Assembly: GCA_963662965.1 (NCBI GenBank)
Contig: OY759970.1
Location: 3,072,524 to 3,136,523 of the forward strand
Reading direction: 5' to 3'
From: Vicinamibacterales bacterium
GTDB taxonomy: Bacteria > Acidobacteriota > Vicinamibacteria > Vicinamibacterales > UBA8438
Length of the DNA stretch: 64,000 nt
Positions 37,986-45,858 of the stretch are shown one piece after another. The position numbers and the translations under genes are program-made. Position 1 is the stretch's first letter, and each line of letters opens with the position of its first letter. A model generated the notes under the pieces. That model did not search any database, was not told the DNA's origin, and saw only the letters and a list, made by a program, of their open reading frames with translations.

Positions 37986-38879
37986 CTACGCCGCTGCGCA
38001 CCGCTCAAAGGCGGCCGGGCTGATCTGGCCGAGTGTTGAATGGCGGCGCCGCTGGTTATAAAACACCTCGATGTAATCGAACAACTCCATCTTCGCCTCA
38101 CCGTTGCTCTCGAAGTGCTCGCGGAGCTCGCTCTTGACCGTCGAGAAGAAGCTCTCCATCACGGCGTTGTCGTAGCAATTGCCTCGGCGGCTCATGCTGC
38201 ACGTAATACCGTGCGTGTCGAGCACGTCTTGATAGTCCTCGCTCGCATAGGTGCAGCCCTGATCGGAGTGGTGCACTAGGCCGGCGTCGGGGCAGCGGCG
38301 CTTCAGCGCCATCTGGAGCGCCTTGATGGTCACCTGGCGGTCGTTGCTCGCACTGACGGCCCACCCCACGATGAACCGCGAGAACAGATCCAGGATCGCC
38401 GCCAGATAGAGCTTGCCGCTGCCGCCGATGACGAACTCCGTCGTGTCGCCGACCCACCGTTGATTCGGCGCGGCCGCCGTGAAGTCGCGATCGAGCAGAT
38501 TGGCTGCGACCGGCTGATCGTGATCGCTCATCGTCGTCACCTTGTAGCGCTTGCGGAGCCGCGCCTGCAGGCCCGATTCCTGCATCAAGCGCACGACCCG
38601 TTTGCGGCTGACATGCTCATGTTGCTCGAGGAGATCCTCGTGGACGCGCGGACTCCCGTAGCGCTGTTTGCTCTCGGCGAAGGACGCCCGCACCAGCACT
38701 CTCAGTCGACGGTCGTCGCGCGCATGCGTCGATTCCGGGCGCGCGCGCGACGCATAGAAGCCGCTGGGCGAGACGTGCAACGTCCGACAAAGTCTCGTGA
38801 TCGGGAACTCGGCCTTCTCCGCCGCAATCCAGGCAAACGTCACGCCTGGTGTTTGGCGAAGAAGGCCGCGGCTTTTTTT
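37986..38879 (-). CDS. IS3-family transposase OrfB (rve DDE domain), reached by -1 slip on A AAA AAA
   Basis: ORF 37986..39002. ...QRWVGDTTEF...LVHHSDQGCTYAS...MSRRGNCYDNAVMESFFSTVKSE...YNQRRRHSTLG. The reading after the A7 run gives KKSRGLLRQTPGVTFAWIAAEKAEF. Confidence 0.9.
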   Translation of the reverse strand, partial: KKSRGLLRQTPGVTFAWIAAEKAEFPITRLCRTLHVSPSGFYASRARPESTHARDDRRLRVLVRASFAESKQRYGSPRVHEDLLEQHEHVSRKRVVRLMQESGLQARLRKRYKVTTMSDHDQPVAANLLDRDFTAAAPNQRWVGDTTEFVIGGSGKLYLAAILDLFSRFIVGWAVSASNDRQVTIKALQMALKRRCPDAGLVHHSDQGCTYASEDYQDVLDTHGITCSMSRRGNCYDNAVMESFFSTVKSELREHFESNGEAKMELFDYIEVFYNQRRRHSTLGQISPAAFERCAAA

Positions 38880-39157
38880 AGGATGTCGCGCTCCATCCGT
38901 AGCTCGCGATTCTCCTTGCGCAGCCGCGCTAGCTCCGTGCGCTCTTCGGTCGTCAGGCCGGTCTTGCCCTGGCTCCGATCCGCCCGCGCCTGCCGCACCC
39001 AATTGCCCAGCGCCGACGGCGTCAGATCGAGCTCGCGGGCCACGGCCCCGATCGTCTTCCCCTCATCCAACACCAGCCGGACCGCGCCGACCATGAACTC
39101 CTCAGAGAACTGTCGTCGCGCTCGTCTCCCTGCCTGCTTTGATCCCATTCTGGCCAT
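38840..39157 (-). CDS. IS3-family transposase OrfA
   Basis: ORF 38840..39184, with the probable start at ATG 39157 after AAGGTGGA. ...FSEEFMVGAVRLVLDEGKTIGAVARELDLTPSALGNWVRQA...LRKENRELRMERDILKKAAAFFA. Confidence 0.9.
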   Translation of the reverse strand: MARMGSKQAGRRARRQFSEEFMVGAVRLVLDEGKTIGAVARELDLTPSALGNWVRQARADRSQGKTGLTTEERTELARLRKENRELRMERDILKKAAAFFAKHQA

Positions 39158-39202
39158 CGTATCCACCTTTCGGACGATGTCCACGAAACCGGATCAAGCC
39201 CA

Positions 39203-39905
39203 ATGTGTAGTACCAGCGCTTGGAGTCTTGGCCTGGAACAGCCGATCCCACCACTTACCAGACGTTGTTTCCGACAGCGATAACCCCGACGGTTCGTACG
39301 CGCTGAGATACTGCCCAGCTGCGGATCTCAAAGAGGCCAATTCATGGACACGGCTGCACTACGGCCACGAGTACGTCAGCGATGAGGTCGCTGAATCCTG
39401 GCGCCGGAAGGCGCCCAAGTCCTTCGTTGGCCTCTTTGACTCCGGCGGTCGCCTTTGCGCTGCATTTGGTGTCATCGCCGTTGAGTCCTCCTTTATGAAG
39501 CAGTTCATCAAGGGCCGCCTCAAGGACAACATCCTGACACCAGACGACATTCGTGATGATGATGAGGCCAGGAAGAGCCCAGATCTTTACATCAGCGGCG
39601 TAGTTGTCCGAGATCCAGATTCATACGCCGGCAGCAAGCGCGCCTGCACCATGTTTTGGGGAATGGCAAAGTTCATCGAACACCGTTACGGAGTAAAGCG
39701 CAGACGCGCCCTGTATGCCTTGGCAGTGTCATCGCCGAGCAAGAGTTGGCTGCGCAGAGCTGGATTCGCTCGACACAATGGGCCCGACGATCGGCTCGAC
39801 CACCTCGAACTCTACTCTCTGGAACTGACGAGACAGCAGCTCGATTCGATCTTCTATGAGATCGGTGACTATTCAGGCCTTTGTAAGATGGAGCTTGATC
39901 GGTAA
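39203..39905 (+). CDS. hypothetical protein, possibly GNAT-like, apparently 5'-truncated by IS3 copy B
   Basis: This is the 3' part of ORF 38460..39905 and has lower GC than its surroundings. ...LYISGVVVRDPDSYAGSKRACTMFWGMAKFIEHRYGVKRRRALYALAVSSPSKSWLRRAGF... is weakly acetyltransferase-like. The only upstream in-frame ATG (39177) lies inside the IS. Confidence 0.4.
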
Positions 39906-40031
39906 GAAGTGTCCACCAGGGCTCAGCTCAAGCCGGTTTCCGGTCCACGGGCGCGTGGGGTGCCGCGCTGCTCTGTGGACCGTTGCCGCTTGGGTGTAGG
40001 GCGTCAACTTCAGGACCTTCGTCGAAGGCAG

Positions 40032-41421
40032 CTGAGATATTGTCAAAAGTTGTGGATGGGGTTAGCTCAGGCGGCTTCCTTTCTGATGCCATCGACGAAG
40101 GGCACGCCATTGATGACCTCGACGATCAACTGAGCCCCGTTCAATGTTCTCCATTGTTTCTGCGCGGCCAGCGCCAGCTTGAAGACCATCGTTAAGCAGG
40201 CCAGCCGACTGCCCGCGCCCTTCGTCTTCTTCGTGCGTAACCGCACGGTGGCGAACGTCGACTCGATCGGATTCGTGGTGCGGATGTGCATCCAGTGCTC
40301 GGCCGGAAACGTGTAGACGGTGAGCAGGACGCCTCGGTCCTTGGCGAGACAGGTGGTCGCGGCCGGGAACTTCGCAGTAAACGTCGTCACGAAGAGGTCG
40401 AATGCCTGCTCGGCCGACTTCTGCGTCTCCGCCATCCAGATGTCGTGGAGCATGGCTTTCGCCTTGGCCTGCACGCCCTTGGGGAGTTTGTTCAGGACGT
40501 TGGCCGTCTTGTGGACCCAACACCGCTGTTCGCGGGTCTTCGGGAACACCTTCCGCACCGCGCCCCAGAAGCCGAGACCGCCGTCGCCGATGGCCAGATC
40601 GGGATCGATCGTGAGCCCGCGGTCCCGGACATCCAGTAGCAGCTCGCGCCACGACTGCTCGCTCTCGCGATAGCCGTCCGTGATCGCGATCAACTCCTTC
40701 GTCCCCTCCCGGGTTGCGCCGATCAGCACCAAAATACATTGCCGTTTGTTGTCCGTGTCCTCGAGCCGGACGTTGAAGTAGACGCCGTCGGCCCAGACGT
40801 AGACATCGCGCCGCCCCGCCAAGGCGCGCTTGGACCACCCGTGATATTCCTGCTCCCAGACGGTCTTCAGCCGCGTCATCGTGGTCGCAGACAGACCCTG
40901 CGCGTCGGCGCCTAGCAGCGCCTGCAACGCCTCACCGAAGTCCCCGGTGCTGAGGCCCTTGAGAGAGAGCCACGGAGACAGCGCCTCCACGCTGGGTGTC
41001 TTCCGCAGGTACGGCGGCAAGATCGCCGACCGGAACGTCTCCCGTTCGTCGTCCGGCCGGCGGTCCCGAACCCGCGGCTGCTGCACGGTCACGTCCCCGA
41101 GCGGGGTTTGCAGCGCCCGTTTGGGCAGGTGGCCGTTGCGGACCACACCGCGCCGACCGGCCGCGTCAACCGTCTTCGCCCGAGCCGCAACATACTCGTC
41201 GACCTCGGCCTCGATCGCCGTGGCCAACAGCTGCCGCGCCCCGGTCCGCAGTACCTCGGTAAGGACGTCTCGGGCCGATTGTCGTGGGAACTCGACCAGC
41301 GTTTCGGTAGGCTTCGTCATGGTGGCGTACCTCCTTGCCCTCGGGTGAGTGGGTGCTGTAGCAACACCCAGGGTACGCCGCCTGTTTAAACCCGCATACA
41401 CAACTTCCGGTTATATCTCAG
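40032..41421 (-). mobile_element. IS256-family insertion sequence (about 1390 bp), intact
   Basis: The imperfect ~40-bp terminal repeats start CTGAGATAT (40032) and end ATATCTCAG (41421), with shared AAGTTGTG.ATG.GGGTT blocks. It holds a single mutator-type transposase. Confidence 0.8.
40067..41320 (-). CDS. IS256-family (mutator-type) transposase
   Basis: ORF 40067..41401, with ATG 41320 after AGGAGG. ...VYVWADGVYFNVR...LVLIGATREGTKEL...AIGDGGLGFWGA...QRCWVHKTANVLNKLP...RTTNPIESTFATVRLR. Confidence 0.95.
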   Translation of the reverse strand: MTKPTETLVEFPRQSARDVLTEVLRTGARQLLATAIEAEVDEYVAARAKTVDAAGRRGVVRNGHLPKRALQTPLGDVTVQQPRVRDRRPDDERETFRSAILPPYLRKTPSVEALSPWLSLKGLSTGDFGEALQALLGADAQGLSATTMTRLKTVWEQEYHGWSKRALAGRRDVYVWADGVYFNVRLEDTDNKRQCILVLIGATREGTKELIAITDGYRESEQSWRELLLDVRDRGLTIDPDLAIGDGGLGFWGAVRKVFPKTREQRCWVHKTANVLNKLPKGVQAKAKAMLHDIWMAETQKSAEQAFDLFVTTFTAKFPAATTCLAKDRGVLLTVYTFPAEHWMHIRTTNPIESTFATVRLRTKKTKGAGSRLACLTMVFKLALAAQKQWRTLNGAQLIVEVINGVPFVDGIRKEAA

Positions 41422-41538
41422 GCAGCTTGCATTGAAGCAATTGGGAAGAGCAGTCTAACCAACACAATGCAGCGGACCGGCCTGCGCCAGCCGCTGATTG
41501 CTGCACACTAGACAACTTGGGCGACTCGGAGATAGACA

Positions 41539-42345
41539 ATGAATCACGAAGCAACAGAGATTTTCACGAAAGTGTTGCTGAGCCTGACGTCTAGGTCGTC
41601 AGAAATTCACACATTCCGAAGACTCGTGCAGATCGGTCTGCCGCACGCCTCCGATGCGATGGCAGGCAGCAACTTTGAGTGGGCGCGCCAGATCTTGACG
41701 GAACCTCACTACGAAGGCTGGTTCACGGACAAAGCCCGCTTCATGAAAGAGGTTGGCGGGGCGGATGATCTGGCTGCGAAAATGACGGCCCAGGAGATCT
41801 CGTTACTCAACATATCGGTGGACGCCGCCTCGCTTGTGTTCATGCATTCTGCCCTGGACGCATCCGTTCAGGATCTGTGCCTCGTCTGCTCACTTGCTGC
41901 TCCCAATGACTGGGAGCCGTTTATCGTTGAACAAAAGGTTTCGCTCTCGGACGTCAAAGCTGCTGATTTCGAGACTCTTTTTAATCAGCGACTATCGCAG
42001 CATGTAGAAGCACTGGAGCGAAACTCGCTGGTCAAGAGGGTCGACCGCCTCTTTCAGGTTTGCAAGCCATCCGGCGATTACTCCAGGCCAGGCTATTCGT
42101 ACGATCGAGATCGCCTTGAAAAGATAGACCAAGATCGACAAGCCGTCATCCACGGCGACGGTGTGGTTCTGAGGCATGTTGACACGGTCCTCAAGTTCCT
42201 TTTTGAGACTGGCCTGTTTCTGTTCGGCATGGTCAATCATCGCTACGGCGTGAGGTTCGACCCTCAGTTGGTTAGGGAGAGCCACGGATGGGCGAAGTTG
42301 TCCAAGCTCCTGCAGCCGACAAGCAGTGCGCCCAAGACGAACTGA
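41539..42345 (+). CDS. hypothetical protein with a C-terminal Rx4H (HEPN-type) motif
   Basis: ORF track 268 aa, with GGAGAT upstream of the ATG. GC is visibly lower than in neighbours. The motif DRQAVIHG (R200..H205, nt 42136-42153) sits in a predicted helical region. No other family signature was recognised. Confidence 0.6.
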   Translation: MNHEATEIFTKVLLSLTSRSSEIHTFRRLVQIGLPHASDAMAGSNFEWARQILTEPHYEGWFTDKARFMKEVGGADDLAAKMTAQEISLLNISVDAASLVFMHSALDASVQDLCLVCSLAAPNDWEPFIVEQKVSLSDVKAADFETLFNQRLSQHVEALERNSLVKRVDRLFQVCKPSGDYSRPGYSYDRDRLEKIDQDRQAVIHGDGVVLRHVDTVLKFLFETGLFLFGMVNHRYGVRFDPQLVRESHGWAKLSKLLQPTSSAPKTN

Positions 42346-42546
42346 TTCGAATAAATAATCATGAGCGCCGCTCGCGGCTGAACGACAACCGTCGGTTCGG
42401 CCATCAATGAGCCGTTAACCGTCGGTTGCCCGGCCGACGGCCCTTTGCTGTGGCGGAGACAGTTGATCCCGGCCACCACGCGGTCAACCGCCGCCTGCTT
42501 AAGCCTGTCTGACGGCCCGCCGGACGATGGGGTTGACAACGCTGTG

Positions 42547-42570
42547 CTGGGGGCAACTCTGGGGGCAACT
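42547..42570. repeat. tandem direct repeat 2 x CTGGGGGCAACT
   Basis: Read directly. An AT-rich patch follows at 42590-42625, at the junction between the accessory and core parts. Confidence 0.8.
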
Positions 42571-42673
42571 GCGGCTAACAGAGAATGGAATCTATTTATA
42601 ATAAGCTATTTACGGCTATGATGTGGTTGACCGTACCGCTACCAACGCTTACGCCTTCTTCGATAGAGCTCCG

Positions 42674-44338
42674 TCAGTCTTCGTCTTCGTCTTCGTCAAG
42701 GCCGAAGGTGTACAAGACGTTGCCGGCCGCGATGCTCACATACTGCTCGCCATCCACGGCGTAGGTCATCGGCCCGGCGCGCACCTGCGCGCCGACCGCG
42801 ATGTGCCAGAGCTCCTGGCCGCTGACGGCGTCGAGCGCGTAGACGTAGCCGTCGATGCTGCCGCCGAAGACGAGGTCGCCCGCCGTCGTGAGCAATCCCG
42901 CCCACGTCTGCGGCTGGACTCGATATTCCCAGCGCCGATCACCGGTCCGCGGATCGATCGCCCGCACCGCGCTGGTGTACTCCTCGACCGGGAGCACTCG
43001 CGTCTGGCCGCCGCCGATGTATCGGTCCCCTTCGACGTAGTCCTCGTCGCGGATGAAGAACTCAGCCGCGCCATCGTAGGCCATCACATAGAAGAGCCCG
43101 GTCCGCGGGCTGTAGGCGGGCGACATCCAATTCGTGCCACCTGTCGCCGGCGGTGATACCAGCGTTCCTTCCAGGCTCGGAAACATGCCGGGTGCTCGGA
43201 TCGGCCGACCGTTTTCATCGAGCCCTTGGGCCCAGGTCTGGAGCGCGAACGGCTTGCCGACCAGGAATTCACCGGTGACGCGGTCGAGTGTGTAATAGAA
43301 ACCGTTGCGGTTCGCCCACATCATCACCTTGCGCCGCTCGCCCTCGACGTCGAGGTCGGCCAGGATCGGAACCTGGATGGCGTCCCAGTCATGCACGTCG
43401 TGCGGCGTGAACTGGAAGTACCACGCGAGCTCGCCCGTGTCGCCGTCGAGCGCCAGCGCAGAATCGGCATACAGGTTGTCCCCCTCCCGCACGTCGCCGT
43501 TGTAGTCGGGCCCCGGGTTGCCGGTGCCCCAATAGACGAGGTCGAGGTCGGGATCATACGAGCCGGTGATCCACGTCGGCGAGCCGCCGGTCCGCCACGA
43601 ATCGCCGGCCCAGCTCTGGTTGTCCGGGTGGTCCGGCCCCGGGATGGTCCAGGCGCGCCATTCCCGTTCGCCGGAGTCCGCGTTGTAGGAGTCGAGAAAG
43701 CCCCGGATGCCAAACTCCCCGCCGGCGATGCCGGTGACCACCTGGTCCTTGACGATGAGCGGCGCCGCGGTCTTGCTGTAGCCGGCGGTATGGTCCGCGA
43801 CCTCTCGATTCCATCGGAGGTTGCCGGTCCGCGCGTCGATCGCCACCAGATGTGCGTCGAGCGTGCTCATGTAGAGCGTCTCGTCCAAGATTGCGACACC
43901 CCGGTTGTTGCGGCCGCAACAGATCCTGAGGTCATCGGGCAGCTCGTGGTCGTAGCGCCAGTACTGCCGTCCGGTCGCCGCGTCGAGCGCCACAACGTTG
44001 CTCGGTGCCTCGGTGACGAACATCACGCCGTCCACCACCAGCGGGGTCGTTTCGGCGCGGTCGAGCGCCGGCAACTGATACGCCCACTTCAGCTCGAGCT
44101 CGCCTACGTTGCGGTTGTGGATCTGGTCGAGCCGGCTGTACCGCTGGCTGTCGAAGGTCCCCGAGTACATGAGCCAGTTGTGCGGTTCGTCGGCGGCGTT
44201 CACCAGACGTTCCCAAGTCACGGCCGAGAACAGGGGAGCAACGTCCCCCGCCTCGGATGATGACGAGGGCTCCTGGCCAGCCACCGGCAGAACGGTTACG
44301 AACAGTGTGGCGACCATTGCAAGCCGCTTCATGATCAA
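42674..44338 (-). CDS. PQQ-dependent alcohol (methanol/ethanol family) dehydrogenase, periplasmic
   Basis: ORF track 554 aa. It has a signal peptide MIMKRLAMVATLFVTVLPVAG and the vicinal cysteines RICCG. W-rich propeller repeats are present. The active-site block is TPHDVHDWDA. Confidence 0.88.
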   Translation of the reverse strand: MIMKRLAMVATLFVTVLPVAGQEPSSSSEAGDVAPLFSAVTWERLVNAADEPHNWLMYSGTFDSQRYSRLDQIHNRNVGELELKWAYQLPALDRAETTPLVVDGVMFVTEAPSNVVALDAATGRQYWRYDHELPDDLRICCGRNNRGVAILDETLYMSTLDAHLVAIDARTGNLRWNREVADHTAGYSKTAAPLIVKDQVVTGIAGGEFGIRGFLDSYNADSGEREWRAWTIPGPDHPDNQSWAGDSWRTGGSPTWITGSYDPDLDLVYWGTGNPGPDYNGDVREGDNLYADSALALDGDTGELAWYFQFTPHDVHDWDAIQVPILADLDVEGERRKVMMWANRNGFYYTLDRVTGEFLVGKPFALQTWAQGLDENGRPIRAPGMFPSLEGTLVSPPATGGTNWMSPAYSPRTGLFYVMAYDGAAEFFIRDEDYVEGDRYIGGGQTRVLPVEEYTSAVRAIDPRTGDRRWEYRVQPQTWAGLLTTAGDLVFGGSIDGYVYALDAVSGQELWHIAVGAQVRAGPMTYAVDGEQYVSIAAGNVLYTFGLDEDEDED

Positions 44339-44377
44339 CTCTCCTTCCGATCTCCCGCGCCTAACCTTAGGCGGGTC

Positions 44378-44827
44378 CTACTCGGATCCTGCAATCCACT
44401 CCGCCCAACCGTTCGGCGTCTCGTAGACCCGCACGCGCGTCAATTGCACGCCTCGTGGTTTGACGGCGTCATCGGCGTCGATGGTCGCTTGCAGCTTCGT
44501 GCCGAGCCAGCCGGCGATGTTTTCGACCGTCGTGTTGAAGTCGACGACGTGGTGCCGGTTCTGCTCGGCGCGCAGAAAGTCGAGCAGGCGCGTGTCTCTC
44601 TCATACACCAAGAACGCGTGGTCGATGTGCTCGTCGATCCAGCCCTTGGCGAGCCGCTTAATATCGTCGAAGTCGAGCACCATGCCGAACTCATCGAGGG
44701 TCGGGGCGACGAACGAGAGCTCGGCGACGTACCGGTGCCCGTGCGCATGCCGGCACTTCGACGTGTACCCGTCACCGAGACGGTGTCCCATGTCCCATTC
44801 GATCCGTTGCGTGACGATGACTGACAC
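44378..44827 (-). CDS. 6-carboxytetrahydropterin synthase / PTPS-family protein (QueD-like, canonical Cys-His motif)
   Basis: ORF track 149 aa. ...WDMGHRL...SKCRHAHGHRY... carries the Cx3HGH zinc/catalytic signature. Confidence 0.78.
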   Translation of the reverse strand: MSVIVTQRIEWDMGHRLGDGYTSKCRHAHGHRYVAELSFVAPTLDEFGMVLDFDDIKRLAKGWIDEHIDHAFLVYERDTRLLDFLRAEQNRHHVVDFNTTVENIAGWLGTKLQATIDADDAVKPRGVQLTRVRVYETPNGWAEWIAGSE

Positions 44828-44839
44828 TCGCGGTGTCCC

Positions 44840-45250
44840 TCAGCCGGCCGGTCGCTGGTAGCTGGCACGGCAGCCTGGTTCCTCCTCGACCTCGACGTGC
44901 ACCAGTGTCGCCGTCTGCGGCAGCGCGCTCGCGATGGTGTCGTAGAGCACGCGCGCCACATTCTCCACGCTCGGGCTCAGCGCCTCGTCATCGTCGTCCT
45001 CAGAGAACGGAGGCACGGCGTTCAGGTTTTGACCACACCACTCGGCGACGGCCCGGTCGAACCAGGCATGCATATCCGCGAAGTCGACGAGGCATCCGGA
45101 CTGGTCGAGGGTGTCTCCGGCGAGCGTGATCCACACGCGCCACTCGTGCTCGTGCAACGGCTCGGTCCCGCCGCGATAGTGGCGGAGGCCGTGGCTGGCG
45201 ACAAACGTCCGTTCGATGGTGACTTCGTAGATGGGCGCGCCTCTCGACAT
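44840..45250 (-). CDS. second PTPS/QueD-family paralog lacking the catalytic Cys motif
   Basis: ORF 44840..45298, with the start at ATG 45250 (MSRGAPIYEVTIERTFVASHGL...EPLHEHEWRV...). The histidine triad pattern is kept, but there is no Cx3HGH. Confidence 0.7.
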   Translation of the reverse strand: MSRGAPIYEVTIERTFVASHGLRHYRGGTEPLHEHEWRVWITLAGDTLDQSGCLVDFADMHAWFDRAVAEWCGQNLNAVPPFSEDDDDEALSPSVENVARVLYDTIASALPQTATLVHVEVEEEPGCRASYQRPAG

Positions 45251-45304
45251 CCCCGCGACGCGGGACTGTAGGCGCCATCGTACAGGAGGGGCGCGCACAG
45301 CGCG

Positions 45305-45778
45305 CTACTCGGTCCAGACGAGTAGTCGCGCCACGCCGGGTTCATGGTGGTCCAAGACGAGCTCCGGTCCATGGTGGTCGCGGTCATCGACGGTAAGCTC
45401 GAGCCGGTCGAAGCGCTCCTGCTCGTTGAGGTTGATATCGATGTCGTCGCCGTAGCGCAGGAGCCAGAAGGGGAGGCGCACGCTGATGACTCGATCATCT
45501 TCGTCGTCCCACGCGAGCACGTGGAGGTCTTGAGGTTGTGTCGGCGATGCGGCGGCCCGGCGGTTCCACGACTATTCGCGACCGTCGAGCGTGCGTAACG
45601 CCGGCTGATTTCCGAGGAATGAGCGTGCCTTCTCGAAACGCTCCGCCGCCGTCGTGTCCGAGGCGTCTTCGAAGTCGAAGTGGCTGACGAAGAAGTAAAC
45701 GCCGCCGGCGACGAGCGTCGCCAGCCCGACAAAGACCAGCGCGACGACACCGATCGTGACGCCGACCCAAGTTTTCAT
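45305..45778 (-). pseudogene. membrane-anchored hypothetical protein interrupted by an in-frame TAG
   Basis: ORFs 45572..46033 (from ATG 45778: MKTWVGVTIGVVALVFVGLATLVAGGVYFF...) and 45305..45520 are in the same frame. They are separated by a single TAG at 45572-45574. Confidence 0.5.
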
Positions 45779-45858
45779 AGCGCGCCCTTGCGTCCCTTTC
45801 GAACGGACAGACGGAAAAGCGTGGGGCGAGGTTCCGAAGCCGTCTCGTCCGAGCTCTA

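Larger units (their letters stand above)
37941..39202 (-). mobile_element. IS3-family insertion sequence, copy B (different from copy A); ends approximate
   Basis: It has orfA/orfB on the minus strand with an A7 slippery run (38873-38879). The candidate termini TGGGC... (37941) and ...GCCCA (39202) pair only weakly beyond 5 nt. Confidence 0.65.

Noticed and set aside
38460-39176. The 5' two thirds of the 481-aa plus-strand ORF 38460..39905.
   Set aside because: It is antisense to the IS3 copy B orfA/orfB genes, so it is a shadow frame.
40028-41425. GCAG on both sides of the IS256 element considered as a target-site duplication.
   Set aside because: It is only 4 bp, whereas IS256-type elements usually duplicate 8-9 bp. 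This is likely chance in GC-rich DNA.
42547-42570. Tandem 12-bp repeat considered as a possible CRISPR or minisatellite.
   Set aside because: There are only two adjacent units with no spacers and no cas genes in the window. No CRISPR-like array is seen anywhere else.
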